A program made the position numbers and the translations under genes. A stretch of DNA of 34,289 bases, taken from positions 1 to 34,289 of the IMG/VR virus record IMGVR_UViG_3300046778_000122, one strand, 5' to 3'. The notes beneath the pieces are model-generated. The model saw only the letters and a list, made by a program, of their open reading frames with translations. It did no database searches and was not told the DNA's origin. The stretch is from a virus. Taxonomy: Duplodnaviria; Caudoviricetes. Positions 14,236-23,987 of this stretch are shown one piece after another (the stretch's first letter is position 1; each line of letters opens with the position of its first letter).

Positions 14236-14898
14236 ATGGCAATTAATGCAAAATCAACAAGCAACGAACCGAGAGAACTTATTCCAGCAGGAAATTATGT
14301 AGCAAGATGTTACAAGATGATTGAACTCGGCACGATTCAAGAGGAATTTAAAGGAGTTCCGAAAATGCAACACAAAGTTTGGATTGAATGGGAATTACCC
14401 AACGAACTTAAAATTTTTAATCCTGAAAAAGGGGAACAACCTTTATCAAAAGGTAAGGAGTATACGCTTTCATTAGCTGATAAATCTAATTTAAGACGAG
14501 ACCTCAACAGTTGGAGAGGAAAAGATTTTACGCCACAAGAAGCCGATAATTTCGATATTACCAAATTATTAGGCGTGCCTTGTATGTTGAATATTATTCA
14601 CGCCTCAGGAAAAACTAATCCTGAAAAAAAATACGACAATATAAGCTCTATTTCTCCTTTACCAAAAGGTTTTGAATGTCCAAAACAAATAAACGAAACT
14701 TTTGTTTTCGAGTTTGAAAACTACGACCAAGCGAAATTTGAAAGTTTACCACAGTTTCTGAAAGACAAAATAATCACTTCTAATGAATACAAAATCATTC
14801 ACGGTGGCGAAGTCAAGGAAAACGCTTTGCCGAGTGCAGTCGATACTTATTTAGGCAAAGAAACACCTCTTGAAGATGATGAAGAACTAGCTTTTTAA
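14236..14898 (+). CDS. Putative ssDNA-binding protein (NGO0469/DUF669-like)
   Basis: IPAGNYVARCY...IELGT, KSNLRRDLNSWRG, FDITKLLGVPCML; acidic tail EDDEELAF. Confidence 0.65.
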   Translation: MAINAKSTSNEPRELIPAGNYVARCYKMIELGTIQEEFKGVPKMQHKVWIEWELPNELKIFNPEKGEQPLSKGKEYTLSLADKSNLRRDLNSWRGKDFTPQEADNFDITKLLGVPCMLNIIHASGKTNPEKKYDNISSISPLPKGFECPKQINETFVFEFENYDQAKFESLPQFLKDKIITSNEYKIIHGGEVKENALPSAVDTYLGKETPLEDDEELAF

Positions 14899-14903
14899 TT
14901 ATT

Positions 14904-14929
14904 AAACCACCTTAACGGGTGGTTTTTTT
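14904..14929 (+). terminator. Intrinsic terminator
   Basis: AAACCACC-TTAACG-GGTGGTTT followed by a T-run, after the stop. Confidence 0.8.
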
Positions 14930-14933
14930 ATTT

Positions 14934-15115
14934 ATAGCAAACATTAAAATTAATTTCTACTATACGCCCCTCCGAAATAGATGTTAGTTTTTATAGGGGG
15001 GGGGCAAAAGTAAAAACAATGTTTGCTATTTGCTGTTTTTAGGCTATAAAGTACCGTAAATACTACGAAACATTATTCTTAATAAACGTTTATAAAAATA
15101 AAAAACGTTTATTAA
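14934..15115. other. Putative replication origin/control region
   Basis: 12-bp IR 14934-14945/15018-15029, G9 at 14996-15004, 13-bp IR 15079-15091/15103-15115; noncoding, upstream of the primase. Confidence 0.4.
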
Positions 15116-15126
15116 AAAATAATTAT

Positions 15127-15213
15127 TATATTTGCTGAACTCTTACTCATTAAAAATATTATATTAATCCGATAATGAAACACAGGGTAAGAGAGGTGTG
15201 GATTTATCGGATT
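15127..15213 (+). promoter_or_regulatory. -7 promoter and structured leader of primase-helicase
   Basis: TATATTTG (15127-15134); CTCTTAC (15140-15146) complements loop GTAAGAG (15187-15193) of AATCCGATAA/TTATCGGATT. Confidence 0.55.
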
Positions 15214-15230
15214 TCTTATTTTAAAAATAT

Positions 15231-17573
15231 ATGGATTATAATTTTTCTGTTTTCAAAGAACTTCTTAAATCTAAAGAAGTACCTTATCTTGTTGATTTGA
15301 CAAAAATTGTCAAAAGAATAAAACAAGGAAGTTCTAAGCCAATTATTGACCTCGTCAGGGCAGGACAAAAAGATTTAAAAAATACATTGCCCTGCATTGT
15401 ATTTGGCGGACAATTTTCTGAACGAAACGGAAATAGTTTGGTAGAACATTCAGGTCTTATGTGTGTTGATTTCGACAAATACCCGAACGATGACACGATG
15501 ATTGAGCACCGAAAATTATTAGAAAAAAATCCACATTTTATTTTACTTTTCACTTCGCCAAGTGGAAACGGTACTAAAGGAGTAGTTCGTATTCCAAAAG
15601 CTACAAAAGAAACACATCCTAAATATTTTTCTGCTTTTCAAAAACAGTTCGATTTTGACTATTGGGACAAATCGTGTTCAAACGTTGATAGGGTGTGTTT
15701 TGAAAGTTTTGACCCAGAAATTTACGTAAATGAAAATGCAGTAATTTTTGAACCTCAACTAATTGACACAGGTTATTCTAACCACGAAAAAGTGGCTATT
15801 ATTCCAATTACTGACGAAGATAAAATTATTGATAAAATAATGAATTTTGGATGGAAAAAAGATTTTGTCGAAGGAGAAAGAAATGCTTTTGTTTTTGATT
15901 TGGCTGGATCTTTTTGCGAATATGGAATAACCCAAAGTACAGCCGAGGGTTATATTTTTAATAATGTTGTAATCGGTAATTTTTCAGAAAATGAAACAAT
16001 AACCACTATAAAGTCTGCGTACAAAAAAAGACAATTTAATTCAAAATATTTTGAAGATTATAAAAAAATAGATAACGTAAAAGCCGATTTAAAAAAAGGA
16101 AAAGAAGCCGTTTTAAAACTTCATAAAATTTCGGAAGAAACTTTCAACGAAATAAAAGAAGTTCAAGAGCACGAGGATTTTTGGTACTATACCTATGATA
16201 AAAATGGAAAGGAAAAATTAAATATGGATGCTTTGAAATATAAGTTTTTTCTTGAAAGAAATGGGTTTAAAAAGCACTATCCAAACGATAGCCAAAAACC
16301 AACTTGGGTATTTATTCAGTCAAATAAAGTTAAAATTACAAGTGTTGAAATAATCAAAGATTTTGTCCTGGATTATTTAATGAAAAAAAAAGAATATGAT
16401 GTTTGGAATTATTGCGCTAAATATCAAAATTTATTCGCAGAAAATTTTCTTTTGATGTTAGAAAGTATCGAGTTAAAGATGCTGACAGATACTAGAAGTA
16501 CTTCTTATATTGCTTTTAAAAATGGGGTTTTGGAGGTTAAAAAAGATGAAATAAAATTAGTGGATTATATCGATATTGATTTCTATATTTGGCACGATCA
16601 TATTTTAGATCGGGATTTCTCGCCTTTAATTATTTTTGAAAATGATTACAAGAAATTCATAAATAATATTTCAAACGGAGAGCCAACGGCTATTGAATGC
16701 GCAGTTGGCTATCTTATTTCTACTTATAAAAATCGTTCAAATAATAAAGCAATAATTTTGAACGATGAAGTTATTTCGGAAAATCCAGAGGGGGGAACCG
16801 GAAAAGGAGTTTTTGTTCAAGGTATTTCTCAAATAAGAAAGACTTCGCTAATCGATGGAAAATTATTTGACGGTAAAAAATCTTTTCCATACCAAACGGT
16901 AAGTTTGGACACAAAAATTTTGGTATTTGATGATGTCGTTAAAAATTTCAATTTTGAAGAAAAATTTAGTTTAGTTACCGAAGGATTGACTTTAGAGAGA
17001 AAAAATAAAGATGCCATAAAACTAAATGTTCACGATAGCCCAAAACTCATAATATCAACTAATTACGCTATTCGTGGCGAGGGAAACAGCCACGACAGGC
17101 GAAGATATGAATTAGAAATAGCACAGTATTACGGGAAAGATTTGACTCCTGAAGATGAATTTGGCAGGCAATTATTTGATGATTGGAATGCTGACGATTA
17201 TTTGAAATTTGACAACTATGTTGTTTATTGTTTGCAATTATTTTTATCAACTGGACTAATAAAACAAAACGCAAAAAATATCAAAATGCGTAAATTTATC
17301 GCTGAAACATCGATGGAATTTTACGAATTTATCAAAGAAAAAGATAACGTGCCAAGAAATTCAAGAAATGATAAAAAGGTTTATTTTGATAAATTTTTAG
17401 ATGAATACCCCGATTTTAAAAAATGGCTAACTCGCAAGAAATTTAACATTTGGGTACAAAAATTCTGTTCATTTATGAAATACGAATATTTGTCAGATAA
17501 TTCCAATGGTCTACAATGGTTTGAAATTAAAACAGACGATTCTCAAGATGTTGAAGATGAACTAATTTTTTAA
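15231..17573 (+). CDS. Primase (BT4734/VirE-N type) - PriCT - SF3 helicase
   Basis: HSGLMCVDFD, FTSPSGNGTK, EGERNAFVF, Walker A GGTGKG, Walker B VFDD, IISTNY. Confidence 0.85.
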   Translation: MDYNFSVFKELLKSKEVPYLVDLTKIVKRIKQGSSKPIIDLVRAGQKDLKNTLPCIVFGGQFSERNGNSLVEHSGLMCVDFDKYPNDDTMIEHRKLLEKNPHFILLFTSPSGNGTKGVVRIPKATKETHPKYFSAFQKQFDFDYWDKSCSNVDRVCFESFDPEIYVNENAVIFEPQLIDTGYSNHEKVAIIPITDEDKIIDKIMNFGWKKDFVEGERNAFVFDLAGSFCEYGITQSTAEGYIFNNVVIGNFSENETITTIKSAYKKRQFNSKYFEDYKKIDNVKADLKKGKEAVLKLHKISEETFNEIKEVQEHEDFWYYTYDKNGKEKLNMDALKYKFFLERNGFKKHYPNDSQKPTWVFIQSNKVKITSVEIIKDFVLDYLMKKKEYDVWNYCAKYQNLFAENFLLMLESIELKMLTDTRSTSYIAFKNGVLEVKKDEIKLVDYIDIDFYIWHDHILDRDFSPLIIFENDYKKFINNISNGEPTAIECAVGYLISTYKNRSNNKAIILNDEVISENPEGGTGKGVFVQGISQIRKTSLIDGKLFDGKKSFPYQTVSLDTKILVFDDVVKNFNFEEKFSLVTEGLTLERKNKDAIKLNVHDSPKLIISTNYAIRGEGNSHDRRRYELEIAQYYGKDLTPEDEFGRQLFDDWNADDYLKFDNYVVYCLQLFLSTGLIKQNAKNIKMRKFIAETSMEFYEFIKEKDNVPRNSRNDKKVYFDKFLDEYPDFKKWLTRKKFNIWVQKFCSFMKYEYLSDNSNGLQWFEIKTDDSQDVEDELIF

Positions 17574-17576
17574 AAT

Positions 17577-19205
17577 ATGAGTTACATTTTAAGACCTCCG
17601 CAAAAAATAATCTTTGATAAAATTAGAGATTGTTTGGCTCGTAAAAATAAAAAAATATTAGTCGTTGCTCCGACGGGTTTTGGTAAAACAGCCCTTGCTT
17701 ACTGCATTATTGAAGCAGCTAATAAAATAGGAAATTCGGTGCTATTTACAAGCCATAGAATTGATTTAGCAAAACAAACAAAAGCAAAATTCAAAGGATT
17801 GGATGCCGATTATTTTCAAGGAAAAAACAACGACTTTAACCCCGATTTTAAATGTTTGGTTGCAACCATTCAAACGTTACAAAAGCACGAAATAAAACAG
17901 CCAAAGATTGTAATAATTGATGAAGTGCATTATGCTTATGAATCAAAATTGATTCAAGATTTATTTAAGCGTTTCCCTAACTCTATTTTCATTTGTTTGA
18001 CCGCAACGCCTACCGACAATGCAGGCTATTTACTGGATGGATTTGATGCAGTTGTGCAAGATTACCAAACAAAAGACCTTATTGATTTAGGGTGGTTGGT
18101 ACCGATGAAATGCTATGCTCCGATGACTATTGATGTTTCAGAAGTCAAACGAAAAGGGCAGGATTTTGACAGCGAAGATTTAGAAAAGACAATAAATAAA
18201 GAAGATATTAATTTATCTATTTACGAAAATTATAAAAAATTTGCTGATGGAAGAAAATTTATAATTTTTGCTTCAAATAAAAATCACTGCGAAAGTTTAA
18301 AAAAAACATTTAAATGCAGCGAAATAATTTCTGCGGATGTTCCCGAAAAGAAACGAGAGCAGATCCTTTCAGATTTTAAAATCGGAAAAATAAAGGGGTT
18401 AATATCAATTGAAATTTTAACTGCTGGTTTTGACGAAGAAAGCTTAAGCTGCGTAATTTTCGCAACTGCTACAATGCAATGGAAAAAGTACATACAATGT
18501 ATAGGACGTGGTTTAAGGCTATTTGGTCAGTCAATTGAGGAAAGCATAAGTAACGGCAAAAGTGATTGTATTGTTTTGGATTTTTGCGGTAATATCGAAC
18601 GCCACGACCTGCCAGATGTTCACAAAGTATTTGAATTGAAGGCTAAATTTAGCCGAATAGTCGATAGGCAATTAGGGATAAATGAAGATGTTGAAGAATC
18701 TCAAAGAGTATTCAAAGAAATTTCAGAAGAAAAAAAAGTTTACTTAAAACAAATCGGTTCGATGCTCGATTTGTACGATGGAAAAGTTTACTTGAAAGAG
18801 TCTGATTTACAGGAGGATGTGAATAATTTTCTAAAGAAAACTAACTTTTACGGCTGGCGACAAAACAGCGGTAAGATGTTTAAGGATGGGCGTTGGATTC
18901 ATTTTGCATCAAAAAACGGCTTGCCTGACAACGCCGTTTATTACAAAAATTCCTCGATTTATTTTGGCTTGGAATTGAAATTACCAAAAGGACGACTTAC
19001 TGATTATCAAAAACAAACATTACCAGAATTCATTCTAAACAATGTTTTGTTTTTTATTTGCGAATCGGTTTTCGATGTTTTTTTGGCAATTTGCCACATT
19101 GAAGAAAATATTATTGATAATGAAAATTTTTTAGTAATGGACAAAAAAATATACGATTATCCAGATTGGCAGAAACAGTTGAGGTCTAATTTAAAATTAA
19201 TCTAA
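17577..19205 (+). CDS. SF2 DEAD/DEAH-type helicase fused to a VRR-NUC-like nuclease
   Basis: APTGFGKT, DEVH, TAT, QCIGRGLR; C-terminal ESDLQ...GLPD...ELK...GRLTDYQK. Confidence 0.88.
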   Translation: MSYILRPPQKIIFDKIRDCLARKNKKILVVAPTGFGKTALAYCIIEAANKIGNSVLFTSHRIDLAKQTKAKFKGLDADYFQGKNNDFNPDFKCLVATIQTLQKHEIKQPKIVIIDEVHYAYESKLIQDLFKRFPNSIFICLTATPTDNAGYLLDGFDAVVQDYQTKDLIDLGWLVPMKCYAPMTIDVSEVKRKGQDFDSEDLEKTINKEDINLSIYENYKKFADGRKFIIFASNKNHCESLKKTFKCSEIISADVPEKKREQILSDFKIGKIKGLISIEILTAGFDEESLSCVIFATATMQWKKYIQCIGRGLRLFGQSIEESISNGKSDCIVLDFCGNIERHDLPDVHKVFELKAKFSRIVDRQLGINEDVEESQRVFKEISEEKKVYLKQIGSMLDLYDGKVYLKESDLQEDVNNFLKKTNFYGWRQNSGKMFKDGRWIHFASKNGLPDNAVYYKNSSIYFGLELKLPKGRLTDYQKQTLPEFILNNVLFFICESVFDVFLAICHIEENIIDNENFLVMDKKIYDYPDWQKQLRSNLKLI

Positions 19206-19445
19206 ATGGCTGATTTTATCGATGCAAAAGGAACGAAAATATATTTGAATTTTGAAACTCAAATATCAAAGTTAGGACGTCCGTTTAGATTGTCAGGAAC
19301 ACGTAAAGTTGATAATGAAAAATGGATTAATCGAGAATTAAAAAGTCATTGGGTACATTCATTTATTTATCTTGATGAACAGGGTGGGTTTTTCGAAATT
19401 GAATTAAATTTTCACAAAGAATTTGTAAAGCTAACCAAATTATGA
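19206..19445 (+). CDS. Hypothetical protein
   Basis: ATG immediately follows the helicase stop. Confidence 0.6.
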   Translation: MADFIDAKGTKIYLNFETQISKLGRPFRLSGTRKVDNEKWINRELKSHWVHSFIYLDEQGGFFEIELNFHKEFVKLTKL

Positions 19446-19577
19446 AAGCATCAAGACCTGAACAGCTAAAAAAGGAAACTACGAACTAGGTAAACAATTA
19501 CAAGAGGAATTATTTAAATTTAATCACGGATCGAAATGAAAACAAGGTAAAAAAATAACATTAAAAATTAAGGAATT

Positions 19578-19652
19578 ATGAAACAAATAATCACAATAGT
19601 AGTATTCGCAGTCATTTTAGTTTTGGTCATCGCATTTGGTGATATGAGTTAA
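19578..19652 (+). CDS. 24-aa single-TM peptide candidate
   Basis: MKQIITIVVFAVILVLVIAFGDMS*. Confidence 0.3.
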   Translation: MKQIITIVVFAVILVLVIAFGDMS

Positions 19653-19658
19653 ATTTTG

Positions 19659-19666
19659 TAAATTTG
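19659..19666 (+). promoter_or_regulatory. -7 promoter element for the packaging/tail operon
   Basis: TAAATTTG 26 nt upstream of terS. Confidence 0.5.
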
Positions 19667-19692
19667 TATTTACTAAAGTAGTTAAAGTAGTT

Positions 19693-19956
19693 ATGCCAAA
19701 AGGATTGAAAGCAGGCGGAAGAGTTGCGGGAGTTCCAAATAAGGATACAGCCTCGATAAGAGACGCTTTTAAATCTTTGATAGAATGTAACCTCGAACAA
19801 TTAAAAGAGGATTTAGAAAGCTTAAAACCAGCTGAAAGAATACGTGCTATTACTGAACTTTCAAAATTTTGCGTTCCAACTTTAAAAGCCGTTGATTTTA
19901 CCGATAAAACAGAAATTCCAAAAGAACCGGTTAGGATTATATTTGAAAAGAAATGA
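19693..19956 (+). CDS. terS: Terminase small subunit
   Basis: GGRVAGVPNK motif; ATGA overlap with terL. Confidence 0.65.
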   Translation: MPKGLKAGGRVAGVPNKDTASIRDAFKSLIECNLEQLKEDLESLKPAERIRAITELSKFCVPTLKAVDFTDKTEIPKEPVRIIFEKK

Positions 19957-21233
19957 TTAAGTTTTCAGAAAAATACTACCCATTATTCGAACTATTGGAA
20001 GGCAAGCACCCGAAGGTAGACGTTGTTTTGATATCAGGAGGTAGGGACTCTGGCAAAACATTTGCAAAAGGAGTTTGGACTGGTGTAGCTGCTGATAGTT
20101 ACAATCATCGTATTTTATACACCCGTTATACAATGAGTTCAACTAACAACTCTATCACAAGAGCGTTAGACAATAGATTGGAACTACTTAATATTCAAAG
20201 CCGTTTTACTTTTGCTAATAACGATTACACTTCGAAGTCTGGCAAAGGATTGATTTCTATTACGGGACAAAAAACAAGTTCAGGGGAACAAACAGCAAAA
20301 CTAAAATCAATCGAAGGTTATTCTGTCTTTACGACCGAAGAAGGTGAAGAACTTACTTCATTTGACGATTGGGAAAAAATAAAACGTTCAATACGTGCTA
20401 ATGATGTGCAAGCTTTGTCCGTGATTGTTTTCAATCCACCAACAAAAGATCATTGGCTATACACTCAGTTTTATTTAGGTGTTCCAGATGGTTTTAATGG
20501 AATTATTGAAAACGTTATGTACATTCACACTACTTATCTTGACAACGGTAAGGAAAATATGGCACCACATAACTGGAACGAATACGAAAGATTACGTTTG
20601 GTTTATGAATTTTGGATTAAAAACCAAGATACAAAAGATAAAAAAATAATAAAGGAAGCGAAGAATTATAAAAACACAATCCTTGGAGCGTTCCGAGAAA
20701 TTGCCGAGGGCGTTATATTTGAATATGAAATAGGAGAGTTCAATCCTCACAAGTTCCCTACTACTTTTGGAATGGATTTTGGATTTAATGACCCTACAAC
20801 TTTGGTTGAGGTTGCTATCGATAACAAAAGAAAAAAAGCGTGGTTGAAATTGCATTTATATCAAAGTGGAATTTTAGCCGAACAAGTATATGAAAAGATA
20901 AAAGACATCGTAGGCCTGTCTTTGATATTAGGTGATGCTGCGAAAATTGACGATATTACCAGATTACAAATTCTTGGATTGAATATTGAAAAATGTTTTA
21001 AAGGCGGCGGCCTGAACGGTTCTAGTATTTTGCCTGGAATAAAAGCAATGAAGGATTTTGAATTGATCATTGATCCAGAAAGCAAAGAGATGTTGGACGA
21101 GTTCAACACTTATTGTTGGGATGTTCGAAAGATTGAAACGCCAATAGACAAGAAAAACCACACAATCGACCCGGCCAGATATGTTATTTACGATAACGAA
21201 ATTAATTCAAATTCAGGATTATGTTTAGGATAA
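19953..21233 (+). CDS. terL: Terminase large subunit (PBSX/SPP1-like)
   Basis: GGRDSGKT, EEGEE, FNPP, GMDFGFNDPT, NHTIDPARY. Confidence 0.92.
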   Translation: MIKFSEKYYPLFELLEGKHPKVDVVLISGGRDSGKTFAKGVWTGVAADSYNHRILYTRYTMSSTNNSITRALDNRLELLNIQSRFTFANNDYTSKSGKGLISITGQKTSSGEQTAKLKSIEGYSVFTTEEGEELTSFDDWEKIKRSIRANDVQALSVIVFNPPTKDHWLYTQFYLGVPDGFNGIIENVMYIHTTYLDNGKENMAPHNWNEYERLRLVYEFWIKNQDTKDKKIIKEAKNYKNTILGAFREIAEGVIFEYEIGEFNPHKFPTTFGMDFGFNDPTTLVEVAIDNKRKKAWLKLHLYQSGILAEQVYEKIKDIVGLSLILGDAAKIDDITRLQILGLNIEKCFKGGGLNGSSILPGIKAMKDFELIIDPESKEMLDEFNTYCWDVRKIETPIDKKNHTIDPARYVIYDNEINSNSGLCLG

Positions 21234-21655
21234 AAGATTTAAAAGCGGGCGAGTTCATCGACATTGATAACTACTATCGTGAGTTTGAAACTGGCGACAA
21301 TAATTCTGAACTTTTGTTTTTCGATATACTCAAAATCGAAAAGCCAACAAACCAACAAGAATACTTGGATTTCTTTAAAGAGTACGAAATTCAGATGACT
21401 GAAATCAAAGAAAATTATGAGTTCGTTTACAACCCGCCGCCATTGCCTAGCACACTAAGCACCGAACAAAATACAATCGGGACAGAGTATCGAAAAGAAT
21501 TTTCGCAAATGTATGGCGGATATGTTGAAAATGTTTATTTACTTTCAACTATTTTTCATAAATTGCCGAATGAAATTTTAGAAATGAATGCACTGGACTT
21601 TCTTTTTTGGGCGAATTATCTAAATCATAAGAAGTGGTGCGAACAAATAAAGTAA
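21221..21655 (+). CDS. Tail assembly chaperone-like hypothetical protein
   Basis: C-terminal PNEILEMNALDFLFW pattern; context. Confidence 0.35.
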   Translation: MFRIKDLKAGEFIDIDNYYREFETGDNNSELLFFDILKIEKPTNQQEYLDFFKEYEIQMTEIKENYEFVYNPPPLPSTLSTEQNTIGTEYRKEFSQMYGGYVENVYLLSTIFHKLPNEILEMNALDFLFWANYLNHKKWCEQIK

Positions 21656-21718
21656 GTTATGAAATTCAAAAAAGTGTTTTTTATTGTTTGGATGGTATTT
21701 TTATAAAGCAAATAAATT

Positions 21719-22171
21719 ATGTTTTCAAAAGTAACTAATTATATCGTAAATAGATTCCAAGCCGATGCGCTTGTGAATACTATTTCGCTGAGCGCTATCG
21801 ACTTGATTGACACTAAAAAAGAAAATATATACCCATTAGTTTCTATTAAATTCAACGAAAAAGATTTATCCGTTGATGAGGTTGCTACGTATGATTACAC
21901 GGTTACCGTTTTACAACAACGTGACAATCGAAAAGTTGAAAAGCCGTCGAAGTTAATGGATGAAGATAATTATATCGACAACATGAATGAATGCGACTCG
22001 ATTTGCACAAATTTTGTAAATTACATTCGCAGGATGGAAATTAACGAAAATATAAATGTTGAATCTATTTCTGTTTTCGAAGAGTTAAACGGTTTTGGAG
22101 GTGCGAATTTGGATGGTTTTAGATTTGAAATAACACTGGCAATTCCTAACACTGGTTATTGTGGTGTATAG
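21719..22171 (+). CDS. Tail terminator/completion-like protein
   Basis: 150 aa acidic protein with YPLV motif, beta-rich; context. Confidence 0.45.
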   Translation: MFSKVTNYIVNRFQADALVNTISLSAIDLIDTKKENIYPLVSIKFNEKDLSVDEVATYDYTVTVLQQRDNRKVEKPSKLMDEDNYIDNMNECDSICTNFVNYIRRMEINENINVESISVFEELNGFGGANLDGFRFEITLAIPNTGYCGV

Positions 22172-22589
22172 CGAAACCGAACTAAGAGCCATAGCACGTG
22201 ACATTGTCACTAAAAGCAAAAAAGCGGCTCACGTTGATACTGGAAGATTGAAACGCTCTATATCTTTTGTAGTAAATTTACAAGGAGTTATTACATTTAC
22301 CGAAGTGTTTTACGGGCAGTTTGGCGATAATTCAGATTTAGAAGAAAACATAAATAGGTTCTGGCCGAAAAGCGAACCTTTCAATTTGATTTACGTTGAT
22401 GATAATGGCAACCCTTATCAAGTAGTAAGAAAAACAAGTTCGGGAAGAGCAAACGTATCGACGGCAACGAAGGCAACCACTAGAAAATCACTTGGTATTG
22501 ACGGGACTAAAAACTTCTTGAAAAATTATGGCAAAGCGAAGAACGAAGGCACAGATAGCGAGCGACAAGATAATCAAACAGAATCTTGA
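22161..22589 (+). CDS. Neck/tail-completion protein (HK97 gp10-like motif)
   Basis: VDTGRLKRSI. Confidence 0.55.
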   Translation: MVYSETELRAIARDIVTKSKKAAHVDTGRLKRSISFVVNLQGVITFTEVFYGQFGDNSDLEENINRFWPKSEPFNLIYVDDNGNPYQVVRKTSSGRANVSTATKATTRKSLGIDGTKNFLKNYGKAKNEGTDSERQDNQTES

Positions 22590-22857
22590 AGTATTAGGGC
22601 AACAAATTTATAAGCAAGCCAGAAAAACTACAAGGGTGTTGACTGGTAGCTTGAAAAATTCCATTAATTATGGAGTTAAACCCGATACAACTTTGACTTT
22701 CTACCAAAATGATTATGGCAAGGATGTAAGACCGGCAGGACAAAAGACAGGTGAAAACGATGCATTGTTGATCGTGATAAAAGAATTAGTACCTTTGGCT
22801 ATTGAAGTAATAAAAAAAGACCTAACCGAAAGTATAATATATCCATTTCGTAAATGA
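22528..22857 (+). CDS. Second HK97 gp10-like protein
   Basis: VLTGSLKNSI. Confidence 0.5.
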   Translation: MAKRRTKAQIASDKIIKQNLEVLGQQIYKQARKTTRVLTGSLKNSINYGVKPDTTLTFYQNDYGKDVRPAGQKTGENDALLIVIKELVPLAIEVIKKDLTESIIYPFRK

Positions 22858-23987
22858 TAACACCTACAACAATAACCACCGAAGACCAGATTTATTTGAC
22901 TGGTTCACCAATTAATTTAAGAATCCAAAATGCTGCATCCGATACGACAATTAAAAGTGTTGTTTGTGAATTATATGTTTGGAGCGGCAACCTCAACAAT
23001 CCACCTACACTACCTTCTTACACATTGGTAGCTGATAAAGTGAGTGCGAATGACAACTATATCAACTTTCAAATAGCTGAAATTGTCGCAAGCCATATCA
23101 AAGGAACTAAATTTGCTTGGGCGAGTGGCGACAACGTTCCATCTATTGCAGGTGAAGGAGTGTTCTTTCATTACAAATACCAAGTCACAAGCGCAACAGT
23201 TGAAGCTGCGGTTGAAAGCTATACCAACTTTGCAACATTGGGGTATCGTTGGGATTACGAACAAATAGGCGATACTACAAACCAACAACCTTATTTGGGA
23301 TTAGTGCCGATTAATTACTCCAGAAAATATACCGAAAGAATAAAGTACTTTAAACGTGATTTCGATTTTACCAAGTCACTCGAAACTTGCACCAGCGAAA
23401 ATATAATTTCATCAATTGCCAATGTTCCGACTTTGACTAAATGCCAGTTGGGCGATAAATATTTAGTAGTTTATTTGAACCGTCACGGATTATGGGATTA
23501 TTTCACTACATACGGCAAAGCGGTTAAATCAATTAAAATTGACGGCGATACCGTACCGAGATTATATCGAAATCCAAACAGCATAAACAACAATGTAAAT
23601 CATTCAAAAAGTAGAATGATTGAAACGACCGACCAAACGTATACTATCAACACGGGAGATTTGCACGAAACAATGACTGAACAAGTTGAAGAGGTGATGT
23701 ATTCGCCTTTGGTTTACTTGATAGAGTTCACAGGCGAAACTTTTATCACGACAAATATTGGTTTAACAGTTGATACTACAACCGTAACGGTTGACAGCAC
23801 AGCATACACGGTTGACAACGAAACCGTGACAACACAGGATTTAGGCTATTTTTCCACTTTCAAACAAATACCTGTAACTAACGACAACAAGGAATTCATT
23901 CGAAAAACCCGTTTAAACGACAAGGCAAAAATAAACTACGATTTGAATTTTGGTGTAACGATGGGACGAATTAATCAATTAAAATAA
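22854..23987 (+). CDS. Distal tail/baseplate structural protein
   Basis: YLNRHGLWDYF motif, Thr-rich insert; context. Confidence 0.5.
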   Translation: MITPTTITTEDQIYLTGSPINLRIQNAASDTTIKSVVCELYVWSGNLNNPPTLPSYTLVADKVSANDNYINFQIAEIVASHIKGTKFAWASGDNVPSIAGEGVFFHYKYQVTSATVEAAVESYTNFATLGYRWDYEQIGDTTNQQPYLGLVPINYSRKYTERIKYFKRDFDFTKSLETCTSENIISSIANVPTLTKCQLGDKYLVVYLNRHGLWDYFTTYGKAVKSIKIDGDTVPRLYRNPNSINNNVNHSKSRMIETTDQTYTINTGDLHETMTEQVEEVMYSPLVYLIEFTGETFITTNIGLTVDTTTVTVDSTAYTVDNETVTTQDLGYFSTFKQIPVTNDNKEFIRKTRLNDKAKINYDLNFGVTMGRINQLK

